A stretch of 62,942 nt of DNA, counting the filler, from Bipalium vagum (Eukaryota), in NCBI GenBank assembly GCA_037834085.1. It is 3 parts of 3 records of this genome, joined end to end, with 100 filler letters (N's around TTAATTAATTAA, not from the genome) between each part and the next. Parts side by side here need not be neighbours in the genome. Positions count along the whole stretch, not along the records: positions 1 to 19,000 come from JBBMKC010013702.1; positions 19,101 to 40,042 come from JBBMKC010242060.1; 1 more part is not named here. The stretch is one strand, 5' to 3'. Shown piece by piece: positions 14,501 to 26,200 of the stretch. The notes beneath the pieces were generated by a model. The model saw only the letters and a list, made by a program, of their open reading frames with translations, was not told the DNA's origin and did not search any database. Within the stretch, counting starts at the first letter, position 1. Each line of letters begins with the position of its first letter. A program made the translations under genes and the position numbers.

Positions 14501-17500
14501 ATGCTTAGTTTTAATTAAAGGAAGTAACAATAAATATAATTTTAACATAATCTGAGCCAGTAAAATACAGAAACAGAACTTTAAAACGAATGGATTGAAG
14601 TATTGTTTAATGCTGATATATTAATAACATAAAATTGATCCACAAAAACCGCTTAATGATTTTCTAATTTGTATAACTTCAATTAAGAGACTTTAAATAT
14701 TAGAAATGGCTATGAAAGAGTTTAATTAATAACACATTTAAACTATTCTAATCTCTCTGTTAAATTAAATATAATCAATAAGTTTTAAATAAAACAATTC
14801 TTGTTAAAGTAAACAAATATTTCATAATTGTCCTCTTAAAAGATCATGTTTGGTAATAATTTTTACTGAATACAGTAATTCACAGAATTTTTAAAGTATT
14901 TTTTGTATCATGTTATTTGTGACAAAAAATATTTGACTTGCAAACTGTAAATAATAATATAATAATTAAATTAAGATTTTAATTATTTATTAATAATTAG
15001 CCAACATCTTTTAAAAAAATTATATTTTATATTCATCAGGTTAAAATTATTAAAATTACAAATATACGTATAAATAAAATAAACTGAAGAATGTTGTATG
15101 GCATTTTAAAGAATTAAAGAAGAAATCCATCAAAACATTCTCTGTACTGAAATTAATTACATGTTGAAAGGACAAGAAAACATTCAATTTATACAAAGAA
15201 AATCAAAGATTTTATTAATTAATAAAAGAAAAAATTTATATAATAACAAAATTAAAATTCTTAACATTTACCAAGAAAAAGTCGAAATATAGACGTTAAA
15301 TGAATAAAATTCGTGATTTTTATTATATAGAAATTTATTAATGACAGACACTAAATAAAAGATTCCAGAATTAAAAAGGACAATAACAAAATGACTATTC
15401 AAACAAAATAATGTCTTCAAATCATACATTATTAAAAAAATTTTTGAATCACTTTTTAAATCAAAGAAATTTTAAATTATTAGTTGAATTACGAAAGGGA
15501 CTTTCACAATCACTAATATGCTACGAACTAAAAAGTGCTTTTGTAAAAGAACTGTTGTAAAGCCTAAAACAATTGAGCCACATCGCTCAGTGAAAGAGAA
15601 AATGCAAGAAAATTGTACAGCTTTGCCAATCGATAAACTGAATGAAAACAGAAATGACCAATGAGAATGGACAGCAAAGTAGAGAAATGACAAAACTGAT
15701 ATTTGCTTAAGATTAGAAGATAATGAAGCAGGCATTAAAATTTATTGCCAATTATATACAAAATGCTTATCAAGAATAAAAGTACGAGATGTGACAATAC
15801 TAAAAAAGAAACAGAAATACATCGAGAATATCAATGAAAACGATAAATTTTTAAAATCAAAATAATTCAAATTCAAATTAAATAATATTTAATTTTGTTT
15901 TAATAAAAATTGAACTCATTATTTTATTGTTCACTGTGTTAAGCAAAACTTCAAACGTGAAAATTTCTTTAATCTAAAATTTAATAAATTTGACAATACA
16001 AATACAATAAGACTCGAATAATTGTCTGTAAACTTATAAAACCATTGTTTAGAATTGAATATTTTTTTATATTTAAAAATTTTTATTGAGCTTTAATAAA
16101 ATAATAAAATAAATCAGTAAAAATCTAACATATTCTAAAATGTATATTAAAATTTATAAAAGACATCGAAGATATCTCTCGGAAAAAGAGTCTTATCTTT
16201 TTCGAACATAGTTGTCAAAGATAACTCAGTTTGATCTACCAACCACACAGAAGTAACAATTCAGACGACTTAACTCCCTGGAATCATATCGAATTCTACA
16301 ACGATTTTCTTTCTGACGTGTCTAAAACTCTCGATGAAACGGATTCCTTTTTATCTACAGAAAGTTTGATCAATTTTGTCATTTATGGAATAACACAATA
16401 AAATTAAAAAATATTTTTTCTGGTAAAACCAAAGTAAACTTGATGATAAAATTTATAATAAAGAGGTGAGGAAAAGGAACTAATTTACTGGTTGTGTATT
16501 TATAAATACATAAATAAATGTGAAACGATAAAAAAATCTATGAAGAATATAAAATAAACTGAAATTCCCAATATTCATTTTCGAAAATCAATAAAAATTG
16601 TGCCAAATATCATTTAAAACATGTTACCAAACTCAAATTTTATTTTCAAGTCAAAAATATATTTTTTAATTTTTTTAATAATAAAATATATCGAAAAATC
16701 AGATAAATTGCTTTAAATATTTATCTATGAAAAATTTTGTTTTCGATTTAAAAAAGATAAGATAAAACAATTGTTCAATGGCATTTCGTTAATTACTCAA
16801 AAACCAAACTGGTATTTTTCTAGAATCTAAGAGAAAAAGAAAAATAAATAATTTTTTAGAAAGATTTAATAAAAATTCTATTTTTGATAGATTATTTTTT
16901 TCTAATTAAATTTCTTCTAAACTAAATTCATAAAAATATATTTTAATAATTTTACTTAAATAAAAAAATTAATTCAAACCTATTTTTACTGAGATCCACA
17001 ATTTCAAAATATTTTGAAGATTTTTTTGACAATTTAAAATATTAATATTTTTCTTGTAAAATTAAATAAACCCATAAAGATCTGAGAAAGCTAATTACAG
17101 AATTTGGATAAAGCGATAAAGTGAATTCTCGGAATTTGAGAAACAGGTGTCAATTAAATAAAAAATCCAGGAATGAATAAAATAATTAAAAAAAGTTTCT
17201 ATAATTATACATATTGATTTTTAATTTCTCTGAAAGTTATGAAATTGCAAAATTATAATGCATTTAATGTTATTAGTTTTAGTAGTACTGACAATGGAAA
17301 TAATTTAAATTTCATTTATAACCCATAAACCAAAGATTATAAGAAAGAAATTTTAATTTTCTAAGTAAAATGATCTTTTCTCAATATTGTTGTTTTTCAT
17401 GTTGCTATATATTTTCATGTTGTTATATATCAGATAAAAATTGTTTCTTTATAAATAATTTTTATAAAATTTTTCATGAAAATTCGAAAATGAAAATGTG

Positions 17501-18135
17501 TTAAACTGGTGTTTCGTTCTCTCTGCCACTGCACTTTTCCATTGTCTATGGAAATAAGGATCTCATATTGATTGAATATTTTTATAAACTTGATTATTTT
17601 CTATGAAATAAATTATTTTTATCAAGTATTTGACTCTCATTTGATTAGATTTATTTAATAATTTTTCATTTATTCAATAAATTTTTTTTAATGTTTTTAA
17701 CTTTCTCTTTCATTTTAATCTTTTCTAAACCTTGAAAGATAACAACATCACATCCATATTTTACTCTTTCCTTCTATCAGAAACCTCTAAGAAAAACAAC
17801 AACAATGTTGATGAACAAATTGATTCTCTAATTTATACGCTCTTTTCCTTCTTTGATAGAATAAATTAACTTGGTACAGATAAAAAAAAATCTGGTTAAT
17901 TATGTCAGAAAAAATATTATAAGAAATTAAATTCAATAACAGGTAAATTTTAATCAATAATACTATTAATTTTAAAATTTAAATTGATGAAAAATGAATA
18001 ATAAATATAAAAATCGTATGTTATCTTACCAATTGATTCTCGTTGGCAAAGGTATCGAGTATATCAGCAGCCTCTGTTTTATTTTGCTGTCGATATAGCG
18101 CTGCAAGATTTTTTAAAGTAGTATAAACTGAAGAC
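5543..18135 (-). CDS. KLC: Kinesin light chain, 3' part (exons 18135-18030, 12889-12761, 11267-11056, 5687-5543); 5' exons not in this contig
   Basis: Exon 18135-18030 encodes SSVYTTLKNLAALYRQQNKTEAADILDTFA, matching the last KLC TPR (SPTV.TTLKNLGALYRRQGK.EAAE.LE). All junctions are GT-AG with compatible phases (0,0,2). The chain ends RPTSTVKLGCPETERQ...DDDNFLQ* at TGA 5545-5543. The downstream exons are inferred from phase only. Confidence 0.8.
5888..5953 (-). tRNA. tRNA-Ala-like gene/pseudogene lacking the 5' side of the anticodon stem (66 nt)
   Basis: Minus strand reads GGGGGTG TA GCTC AGCGGTCA GAGC ATGCGCATGGGAAGGTC CCGGG TTCGAAT CCCGG TATCTCC. A and B boxes, D arm, T arm and acceptor stem with G3-U70 are intact. 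The anticodon arm is ~6 nt short. Confidence 0.8.
7577..8161 (+). mobile_element. pogo/Tigger-like element, 3' fragment
   Basis: Encodes MDQGIIYSFKS and ITLLEAVFLMVEAWKSV..SCFNKA (end of the DDE_1 domain). The right end ...CAGAGACCACTG|TA is a CAGT-type TIR. Confidence 0.8.
8333..8518 (-). repeat. LTR-like repeat, copy 2 (internal fragment)
   Basis: The reverse complement closely matches 3668-3853, e.g. CCTGGGATTGTGC.TTAGCTACCCACCAGAGGAC.ATTTCTGAGCAACA. Confidence 0.9.
9227..9881 (+). mobile_element. Internally deleted mariner
   Basis: N-terminal HTH remnant (MSVRELAHELNI...LKMKRISTRLI). Degenerate inverted ends TA|CATACTATGTAAAAAGTAC and GGTCTTTTGCGACCATG|TA. Confidence 0.65.
10116..10504 (-). 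CDS. Putative alternative 3' exon cassette of KLC (10504-10417, 10346-10266, 10222-10116)
   Basis: GC-elevated island with a pyrimidine tract and AG at 10505. Three GT-AG segments form one phase-consistent frame, YQANMRIPS...|GSHDSGHSRLNIQKKMVDGTELPIQQL|VPFIDIMN...NVQV*. The donors are weak (GTTTT). Confidence 0.4.
11500..12667 (+). mobile_element. Decayed maT/DD37D-type Tc1/mariner element inside a KLC intron
   Basis: GSGRPRSKRT, ARIKRNPDRSMRQMA, ILFSDEKIFTV, FPQDGAPCHTS and PDINPLDFSI (third catalytic residue is D), ending NGGLIE* at 12554. Right TIR ...TTTTATTCCCAATCTGG|TA. Several stops and frameshifts. Confidence 0.88.
18030..18135 (-). CDS. KLC: KLC exon encoding the final TPR repeat
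   Basis: tttag|G TCT TCA GTT TAT ACT ACT TTA AAA AAT CTT GCA GCG CTA TAT CGA ... CAA TTG|gtaag. Confidence 0.88.
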
Positions 18136-18902
18136 CTAAAAACAATTCTCCTAATTATCTGTGACTCTATTTACAAACATAAATAATATATGAGGCTTGT
18201 TCAAATCAAAACTAAGAATACACAAATGGGTAATTATTTCTTAGGAAGAATTAGAAAGTATTTGAATATATATTTTTTCTGTTTTTAAAATAAAACATAA
18301 ATAATAACTTTTATTTAGTTCTTTTTATAGTTTTTATTTAAAAATGAATAATTTTTATTCTAAAGAAGTTTTGATGTAATGAGATGTAATTTTGAAGTAA
18401 TTTGAGAATATATGAGGACTGGTAAGTATCAAGTTATAAATGATCATTGTCTTATGTATATTAATAAATTTATAAAACCAAAGAATTAAAGATCAAATCA
18501 ATTAAAAAAAATTAAAATTATTTGTTAGAAAAAGAGAAAAAATAATAATAATCAACCAAAAACAGATTTTATGCGTTTAATCAAAAAATGACAAAGTATT
18601 TGTACAATGGTCAAGTGTTTCAAGACATGTGAATATGTCAAATCGAAAAATGGGTTCATAATTTTAATTGCGAAAACAAGGATGAATATTTATCAAGATC
18701 GTTGAACTTAATATTTTTTAAAAAAATTTTCATCATCAGAACTCATTCTAAGAAAACAATTTTATGGCTAAATCAAAATAAAAAATGATGAGAAAACAGT
18801 GTTTTTAAACTTAACGGTACAATAAATTAAATAAAAACTTTAAACTTAAGCAGAAAAAAATAATATTTGGTTTGAAAATATAATATATAAATATAAATAA
18901 AA

Positions 18903-19000
18903 TATTGGGTTGTTCAAAAAGTCTGCGTTTTTTTAGTAGTTTTGATAATTTGAGATTTTTTACTTAATATACACCGCTATATATCAATATTTACAATTGA
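18903..19000 (+). mobile_element. Mariner terminus running into the gap
   Basis: TATTGGGTTGTTCAAAAAGT resembles the TIR at 2522-2501 and the TIRs at 61614 and 62842. Confidence 0.55.
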
Positions 19001-19100
19001 NNNNNNNNNNNNNNNNNNNNNNNNNNNNNNNNNNNNNNNNNNNNTTAATTAATTAANNNNNNNNNNNNNNNNNNNNNNNNNNNNNNNNNNNNNNNNNNNN
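19001..19100. other. Assembly spacer (N44-TTAATTAATTAA-N44)
   Basis: Exactly 100 bp with an all-frame-stop linker at 19045-19056, identical to the second gap. Confidence 0.97.
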
Positions 19101-19214
19101 AACATGTTTCATGAAAATATATATTTGAATAAATTTTGTATTCATTTAATAAAAGGCGTATATTCGAAAAATAAATTCTAATTTTTGTTTCCACAGGATA
19201 CAATAAATTTTAAA

Positions 19215-19930
19215 AAATGTAGAATTCTAAAGTGTGATTTGACTTTTACTACTAAAGGGATCTACCAAGCAGGAAATTATTAATGAGCTGAAAGGGATAT
19301 TCGATGAAGAGGCTCAATGAGGCAACCATCTGTAACGCGATCCACGATTTTTCATTTGGCCATTCAAGTGTTTATGAAGCATCTATAGGTGGAAGACCTG
19401 CAGAAATTAATGAAGAAATTAGTACAAAATTGAAATAAATTGTAAAAATAGAACGACAAATCACTCAAGCTCAGCTGTCTGAGAAGCTAAATGTATACAA
19501 AAGAACCACATAGTTGTTTCTAGACCAAATTCGAGTCCGACAGCTATGTAGCAAGTTCGTGTCGAGATGATGAATAGACGAAAAATGGCCTGTGAAAGGA
19601 ATCTTTGTCTTCTAGATGTTGTTGGACCAAATTTTTTATGTAATATCATAACTACAGACGACACGTAGACGTCTCTGCATTTCTTACTCTAAAAGAGATG
19701 CAAAGGAATAATGGGTATTCCAAAAAGATAAGTCATCTTAAGTCTTGCGTCTGGGAATTTCTCATCGTAAATGTTCTATGTTGACCGTCTTTTGGAATAG
19801 AAAAAGCATCTTAAAACTAAATTTTACTGAAGAAATCATAAATTCTAAATACTACAATAATCTCCTACTTGAAACTCGAACTATTCGACGCAAGCCATGG
19901 AACCAGGATCTTTTTGCTTTATGATAAAAA
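19215..19930 (+). mobile_element. Decayed mariner transposase fragment
   Basis: GGRPAEI, ERQITQAQLSEKLNV, FLCNIITTDDT, MLTVFWNRKSI and INSKYYNNLL, with many stops. Confidence 0.85.
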
Positions 19931-20294
19931 AAATAGTATTGTATTGTTTTCCGGACAGATTTTTAAACCTGTTTTTTCTTTATTGAATTATAATTATTTT
20001 TAATAGTTGTATTGATAATATTGAAAAAAAAGTTGTGGATTTTATAATTCATAATTGATATCATTTTTTGAATCTTTAAATTCTTTTAAAAAATTATTAT
20101 GTAACTTTATAATCCGTCATGTACTTGGCACACTGATGGGCCCCAAGCCATTTATAGATGATATTATATAATTAATAATTTTTCGACAGAAGATAATTAA
20201 TAAAATTGACACAACATTCGATATGATATAAATGACATGCGATTTTGAATTTCATTGTTAATCTTGTGTGGTACATTATTGAATTCTGTTTCAG

Positions 20295-23200
20295 TTTTAC
20301 AATTGGCCGTGAAATCGATCAAACAAATAGTGAAATTGTGAAACTGGTTGAAAGATCTCGCCAGAACTCCGGAATTTCGTGAGTGACCTATTTCGTTGAT
20401 TATTCAATTTATTTATTACTTTAATGATTAATTGTTATGAAAACTAAAGATTTTCATTTCTTTTATTAAGTGTTAATTCATTTGATAAATGTTGATACTT
20501 TTCTTTATAACAAGCACTTCAAGTTATTATGCTTGATACAGAGTGTGATTTTTATAAACCATAGATGTTATGAGTGAAACGTGTCTATACATATCAGATC
20601 AAGAGTGATTTTATTGATTTTTTATAATGAATATAAACCTGAATATAATTCTTAAACCTGAAATTTTATTTAGTATTAAGTTTCATTTGGTTCATATATT
20701 TTCTATTATTTTTTTAATTGAGGTAAATTATTAAAACGTTAAAATTATCAGTACAATTTCATACACTAGTGATAAAATATTTCAATATTATTATTTTCTT
20801 ATTTTGATTAATATTTTCAGTGGAACTGATCAGTTTTCTGATCACATTTATCTTCCATTAGACTTAAACAATTTTAATGAGAATTTTTTTTTGAAAATCA
20901 TAATATTATTCTTTTGTCAAATTAATCAATTTTAATATGAAAGTAGATAATTAGAAATTCATTATTAAAAATTTCCGAATAAATTAATTAACTTCGAAAC
21001 AACATTTTATATTTTAATTGTTTGAATCTATTTGAATAATTATTATATTCAGATCAAATACGGATATTACTACCTCCACTGCTCCCCTAGCTCAAATGGA
21101 TGAAATAACGAAAGTATTGAATTTATTTTTTCTATGAAATTGTAATCTTTTCAAAGAAATCCAGGATTATCTTTACTCATTTCTTTTACATAATTAATCT
21201 TGTTTTTGAATGTGAAGTTATAATCGCAATCAAAGCATTGGACTTTATATTTCACTCTATAACATATTATTCATTATTGATATATAAGTGTTCGATAAAT
21301 TTTAGATATTATTTTTTCGATTTTTATTAATTCACTAATTATTTGATTAACTTAAACAAAATCTATAACAATCAGTTTATTAGGAAATTAAAAATACGAT
21401 AAAAGTTTCATTAATTCAAAAATATTGATTTAAGAAAGCTCGTGTGAATCTTGGATTGAATTTTTTGTGACTTAAATTGATTTAATTAGAATTTTTATAT
21501 TTTAATACTGAAGTTAGAAAAGATATGTAATTCCATCACGGTTTTGAATTAATGATATTTTAGACTTTTTCGATGTCAAACAAAGAAAATGACCCTCAAG
21601 CGCATCTTGTGAAAGATGCAACATTTTCCTTAAATGCTCAAACCAAAATAAAATCCAATGATACCGTTGATAGCGATGAACCTTTGGATAAAACTACAGA
21701 TTCGAAAACCTACAGATCTACCGATTTCTCTTGTGCATCTTGTCAAACCGTTCTCAGCTGGGAGCAAATATGTAACAGTGAGAAACTACTGAAAGATCAT
21801 ATAAATGGTTTGGAAACTCAATTAACTCAATATCGACTTAATGAAGAGAAAATGCTTAAGAATATATTCGAATTAAAGGATAAAGTTGGTCTTATTTTGT
21901 TCTGTTCACTTTACCGGTAACTTATTTTTATTATGTTTTGTTACCGTTTCAGATCGAAGAAAATGAAATTCTAAAAGCCGAAGCTCAACTTTCTGTCCTG
22001 AACTATACCAAGTCTCAAGAAGAACTTAAAGCCAGTAAGAATGAAATAATGCTTGTAAATATGAAGCTGGAAGCACAGAATGAAGAAAATATGGCTGTCA
22101 AGACCAGGTTGGAAGAGATTACAAAGAAATATAAAAAACTCAAAAGATTTGTCAAAACTACAGATTTACGGTATGGAATTTTTTCATATTAATGAATTAA
22201 TCGACTATCAATTGAATTTTATACAACTTACCATACCATAAGAAGTATGCATCTTGATTTTGAATTTTTACAACTTTATTAAATAGATAATTGATTTAGG
22301 GAAAACAGTACTAAAAATTATCTCTTTACAATACAAATGTGCCTTAAGTATTTATATGTATTAATAATTAAACATTTTTGTTATAGGATAAAAATATAAA
22401 TTTCATTGATTAGTAAAATAGTATGCATTAATCTGTAACTCTTAAAAAATTATTAATTTGACTTGTAAACTAAAATAAGAGGATTTTCATCTTATAAATT
22501 CATTCATCTGCGCAACGTTTTTATTTTTAGTTTTTATGTTAAAATTAAAAATCAATTTATTTTATGCATAATTTTGCTGTATATTTAAACATTTTAATAT
22601 GAATAATGCTACCAAAAAAATAAATAATAAAACTTTTGATAATTAAAAAATCTCATTGATTCTGATAATACTTGGTAACTTGGTAATTTGATTAAGTGAC
22701 CCTTAATTATATCTCACTTGGTGTTTACATCTTACCTAATGATAAGCTGTTATGGGAATTATTTATTGACATTTATCGTTTGTGAATTTTTGATAAATTA
22801 TAATTTTTAATTGATATAATTTCTCATTAATATAAAATTAGTGTCATTATATCCATTTTTCAATATTTTTGATTAATAATGTTTATGCATATATCATTTA
22901 GCGGGCGTACTAAAATTGCAAAGTTTAGCTTTCACTTGAAAGGTTTTTCATATTTTATTGGTAATTTTGGTGTCTGAAAATTTTCCGTTTTCTTTAAGTC
23001 TTAAGAGATGGGGTTTTATTAAAATTTTAATTGTTTAAAAGTAAATTTATTAGATTATACAACATATTATTAAATAAGTCTTTTACTTTACATCTTCAAT
23101 TTAATTTATTATTAAATAATAATATGAATAATTAATCATATCTGAATCATATATATATATTTCTTTATTTCTTTATTATTTTTACATTAAATTGGTATAA

Positions 23201-26200
23201 TAATTGAGATTTTATAGAATTAAGTTCTAACATCGACATTTTTATTAAATGGCTTTTTATTCACTGCATTAAGTTCATGATTTTTTGAAAATATACAGAA
23301 TTTTCTATGTTTTGCTAAAAATTTAATTTAAAGCTTCCATTTTCTGTAAAAATATATTTTTGAAACATCTGTAATCAATCGAACAATACACATTTCATAT
23401 TCAACTTCATTAAAATTCACTTTTCTTTTAATTATTTTTACTTTTGATATAATTCTGATTTCCACATGATAAAATGTGTTCTTAACATATTGAAGATATT
23501 TTTAACTTGCTATTTTTATTTTTAACTTGCTATTTTTATTTTTAACTTGCTATCTACTACATAATTAATTAGTATTTTATTTTTTTGGTACTGAAGTTAA
23601 AATTTTCCCTTGTAATAAAAATAATTTTTCAGATGATCTGTACATTAGTTTTTTATTACATTGATTTTTTATTGTTTAAATCGAACTTTTTGAAGTTAAT
23701 CTTTGTTAAGTCATTTACTTCTTAACTTTAAAAGTTTTCTTTTATTTTATAATTTATAGGCACAAAATTAACTTCCTTTTGTTATTGAATTTTTTTCTGC
23801 GGACTTGGTTTTATTTAGACTAATAATCTTTATTAATTTTAAAATCATTTCCTGTTTTTAAACTCAGAGACGAAAGACAAAATCAATCCGACATGGAAAA
23901 ATCCTCATCTTCAGAGATGAATGAAAAAAAGGTGAAAAAATTAGAAAATCAGGTACAAAATCGAAGAGGATTTGAAATTGACTTAATTATTCTTTTTTAT
24001 CAAATGCCTAGGTTAAAGTTCTTCAGGAGAAATTATTGGCTTTTACCTCAGATGAAAAAACTTTCGGAATTGAACCCAATGATACTCAGAAAACATATTC
24101 AATCGATGATTTAGCTTTCGATAACAGATATAGTCAGTGACTTTTCATGGCACATACAAAACGTACTCTATTATTTTTTACATTTTAGAAATCGAAATGC
24201 AACAAGAACAAAATCTCACATCCCTCTCATCTTCGGATATGGAAGAAAGTTTAACTGACACGAGTAAAAGTGTAAAAGTGTCTTCTCAGGTTTCTCACAA
24301 CAAAGATAATAACAAAACTTTATTACAAGAACCTAATAAAAATTCATCCAACTGCTTAATGGATAAGACTGGCAATGTCTTTGATGAGTTGATTAGCTCA
24401 GTTAAAATTCTGGATAATCAATCTCTAAAAGATAAAGCTAGTCTGAGAAAGTCGGGTCCGATGAATAATCGAAAACCTCCCTCAAAATCAGTAAGCCATT
24501 CGTTTTGTTTCTCTTTGAGGTTATTTATTTATCATTTATTATTATCAATTATAAATAAAACAAATTATTTTTAAGGATTTGATTTATTGAAGATTGCAGA
24601 TTTGTAACAAAATCTGCTTGTACTTTAATTTATTTTCAATAAGTTGTTTTGAAATGTTTACAAAGAAAATATTATTTTTATTTTAAATAGGATTTTCTAT
24701 CAATTGTCACAAAAATAAAGACACTCAATCTGAATTTGTCTTGAATTTGGTACCAAGATATAATATTATAACATATATAATAAACATAAAAGTAAAGACA
24801 ACCTGTTTAGAGATTAACTAACATCAGATATTCAGGAAAATGCAAAAAATACTTTTGATGGTGATTAAACCACAGTTATAAAATTTTTGTCCGCAAATCA
24901 ATATAAATTATCGAAGTTTGAAGGCGTTTACGGACACAAAAAATACTATTTTCAAAACAGAATTGTATTTTAGACTTCATTGGATTGAATCCAAGAGGAA
25001 TTGAAAATTGTTTGAGATTAATTTAGATATTGATAGTTGAAAAAGAAATGTGGATAATTATGGTGGAAAACATCTGACAAACATTTGTAAGACTGATTTG
25101 ATGTGCACTCTGAAATATCTTTAAAAAGCTTTTATTAATTGTTAATGAAGTGAAATAAAAGGGGGCGAATAGTGTATACTTGAAATAGGTTTGCAAACCC
25201 TTATTTTTTGAAACGGCAGCAATAATGAAACGAAATCTGATGAAAATGACTGAGAATTTCTTTTTATCTAAATTTCCCTGATTTTGTTTCACTATCTGAA
25301 TTTTTTTTAAGTGAAAAACATTCATTTCGCAAAAAATAATTATGAATTAGTAACACTTCTAAAAACTTACATACCTTTATAAATGAAAAAAAATCTATTT
25401 TCTAAATGGAATTGAAAATCTTTGCAATGGATAACATTTTATAGTTTTGTTCCATTTTATTGAGTGAAAAAAGTAAGATTGTGTGCTTGTATTCTTTTGT
25501 TAAAGCAATTGATAATTTATTATTCAAAGATATTTTGATTAAGAAGTAACATTTTATTAGACTATGATGGTAGGCGATTCTTTCAATCAACATGATACAA
25601 ATGTAAAAATGTCTTCATCAATGGATCTGATCACATCCGCTTCTAAGACGAATGACCAGAGGAATCCGTATGTGATATAATTTTTGGATTGTTTTTTTAA
25701 AATATAAGCAGTAACATTGATGGATCATCATCGAACGCTGAAGTCAATGATAATGTTGACAGTGGGATCGATGGCACAAATACTAGAATTATTGGATCCA
25801 ATGTTGTTGGCGGATTTGCTTTACCTGGAAAAACGGAAATAAAATCAGGTTTGAAGATGATTCTTTCACATTTTTAATTTTCTACCTCAAAAAAATTTCT
25901 CTTTTTGTACAATTGATTTTTATCAGTTGTGAAATCTACAATTTTATCGTTAGGTAAAAAGGTACCGTTAAAGAAAAACACGAAGACCTCTGTTTCTGGT
26001 AGGATTGATTTTCTTTTAGCGCTTAGAAACAATTATCTGGGGTTTTATTTGCCTTGAGGTTTATCTAAATTCGTGGAGATTTTATTTCGATCGTTTTTAA
26101 AATAAAAATAATAATTGATCATTAATTATTTTATAACCAGTTAAATTTGGAACCTGCTGTAATGATTTGATATGATTTTAGAAATAAATTGGAAATACTG

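Noticed and set aside
19045-19056. Palindrome TTAATTAATTAA
   Set aside because: Artificial linker inside N spacers, repeated identically at 40087-40098.
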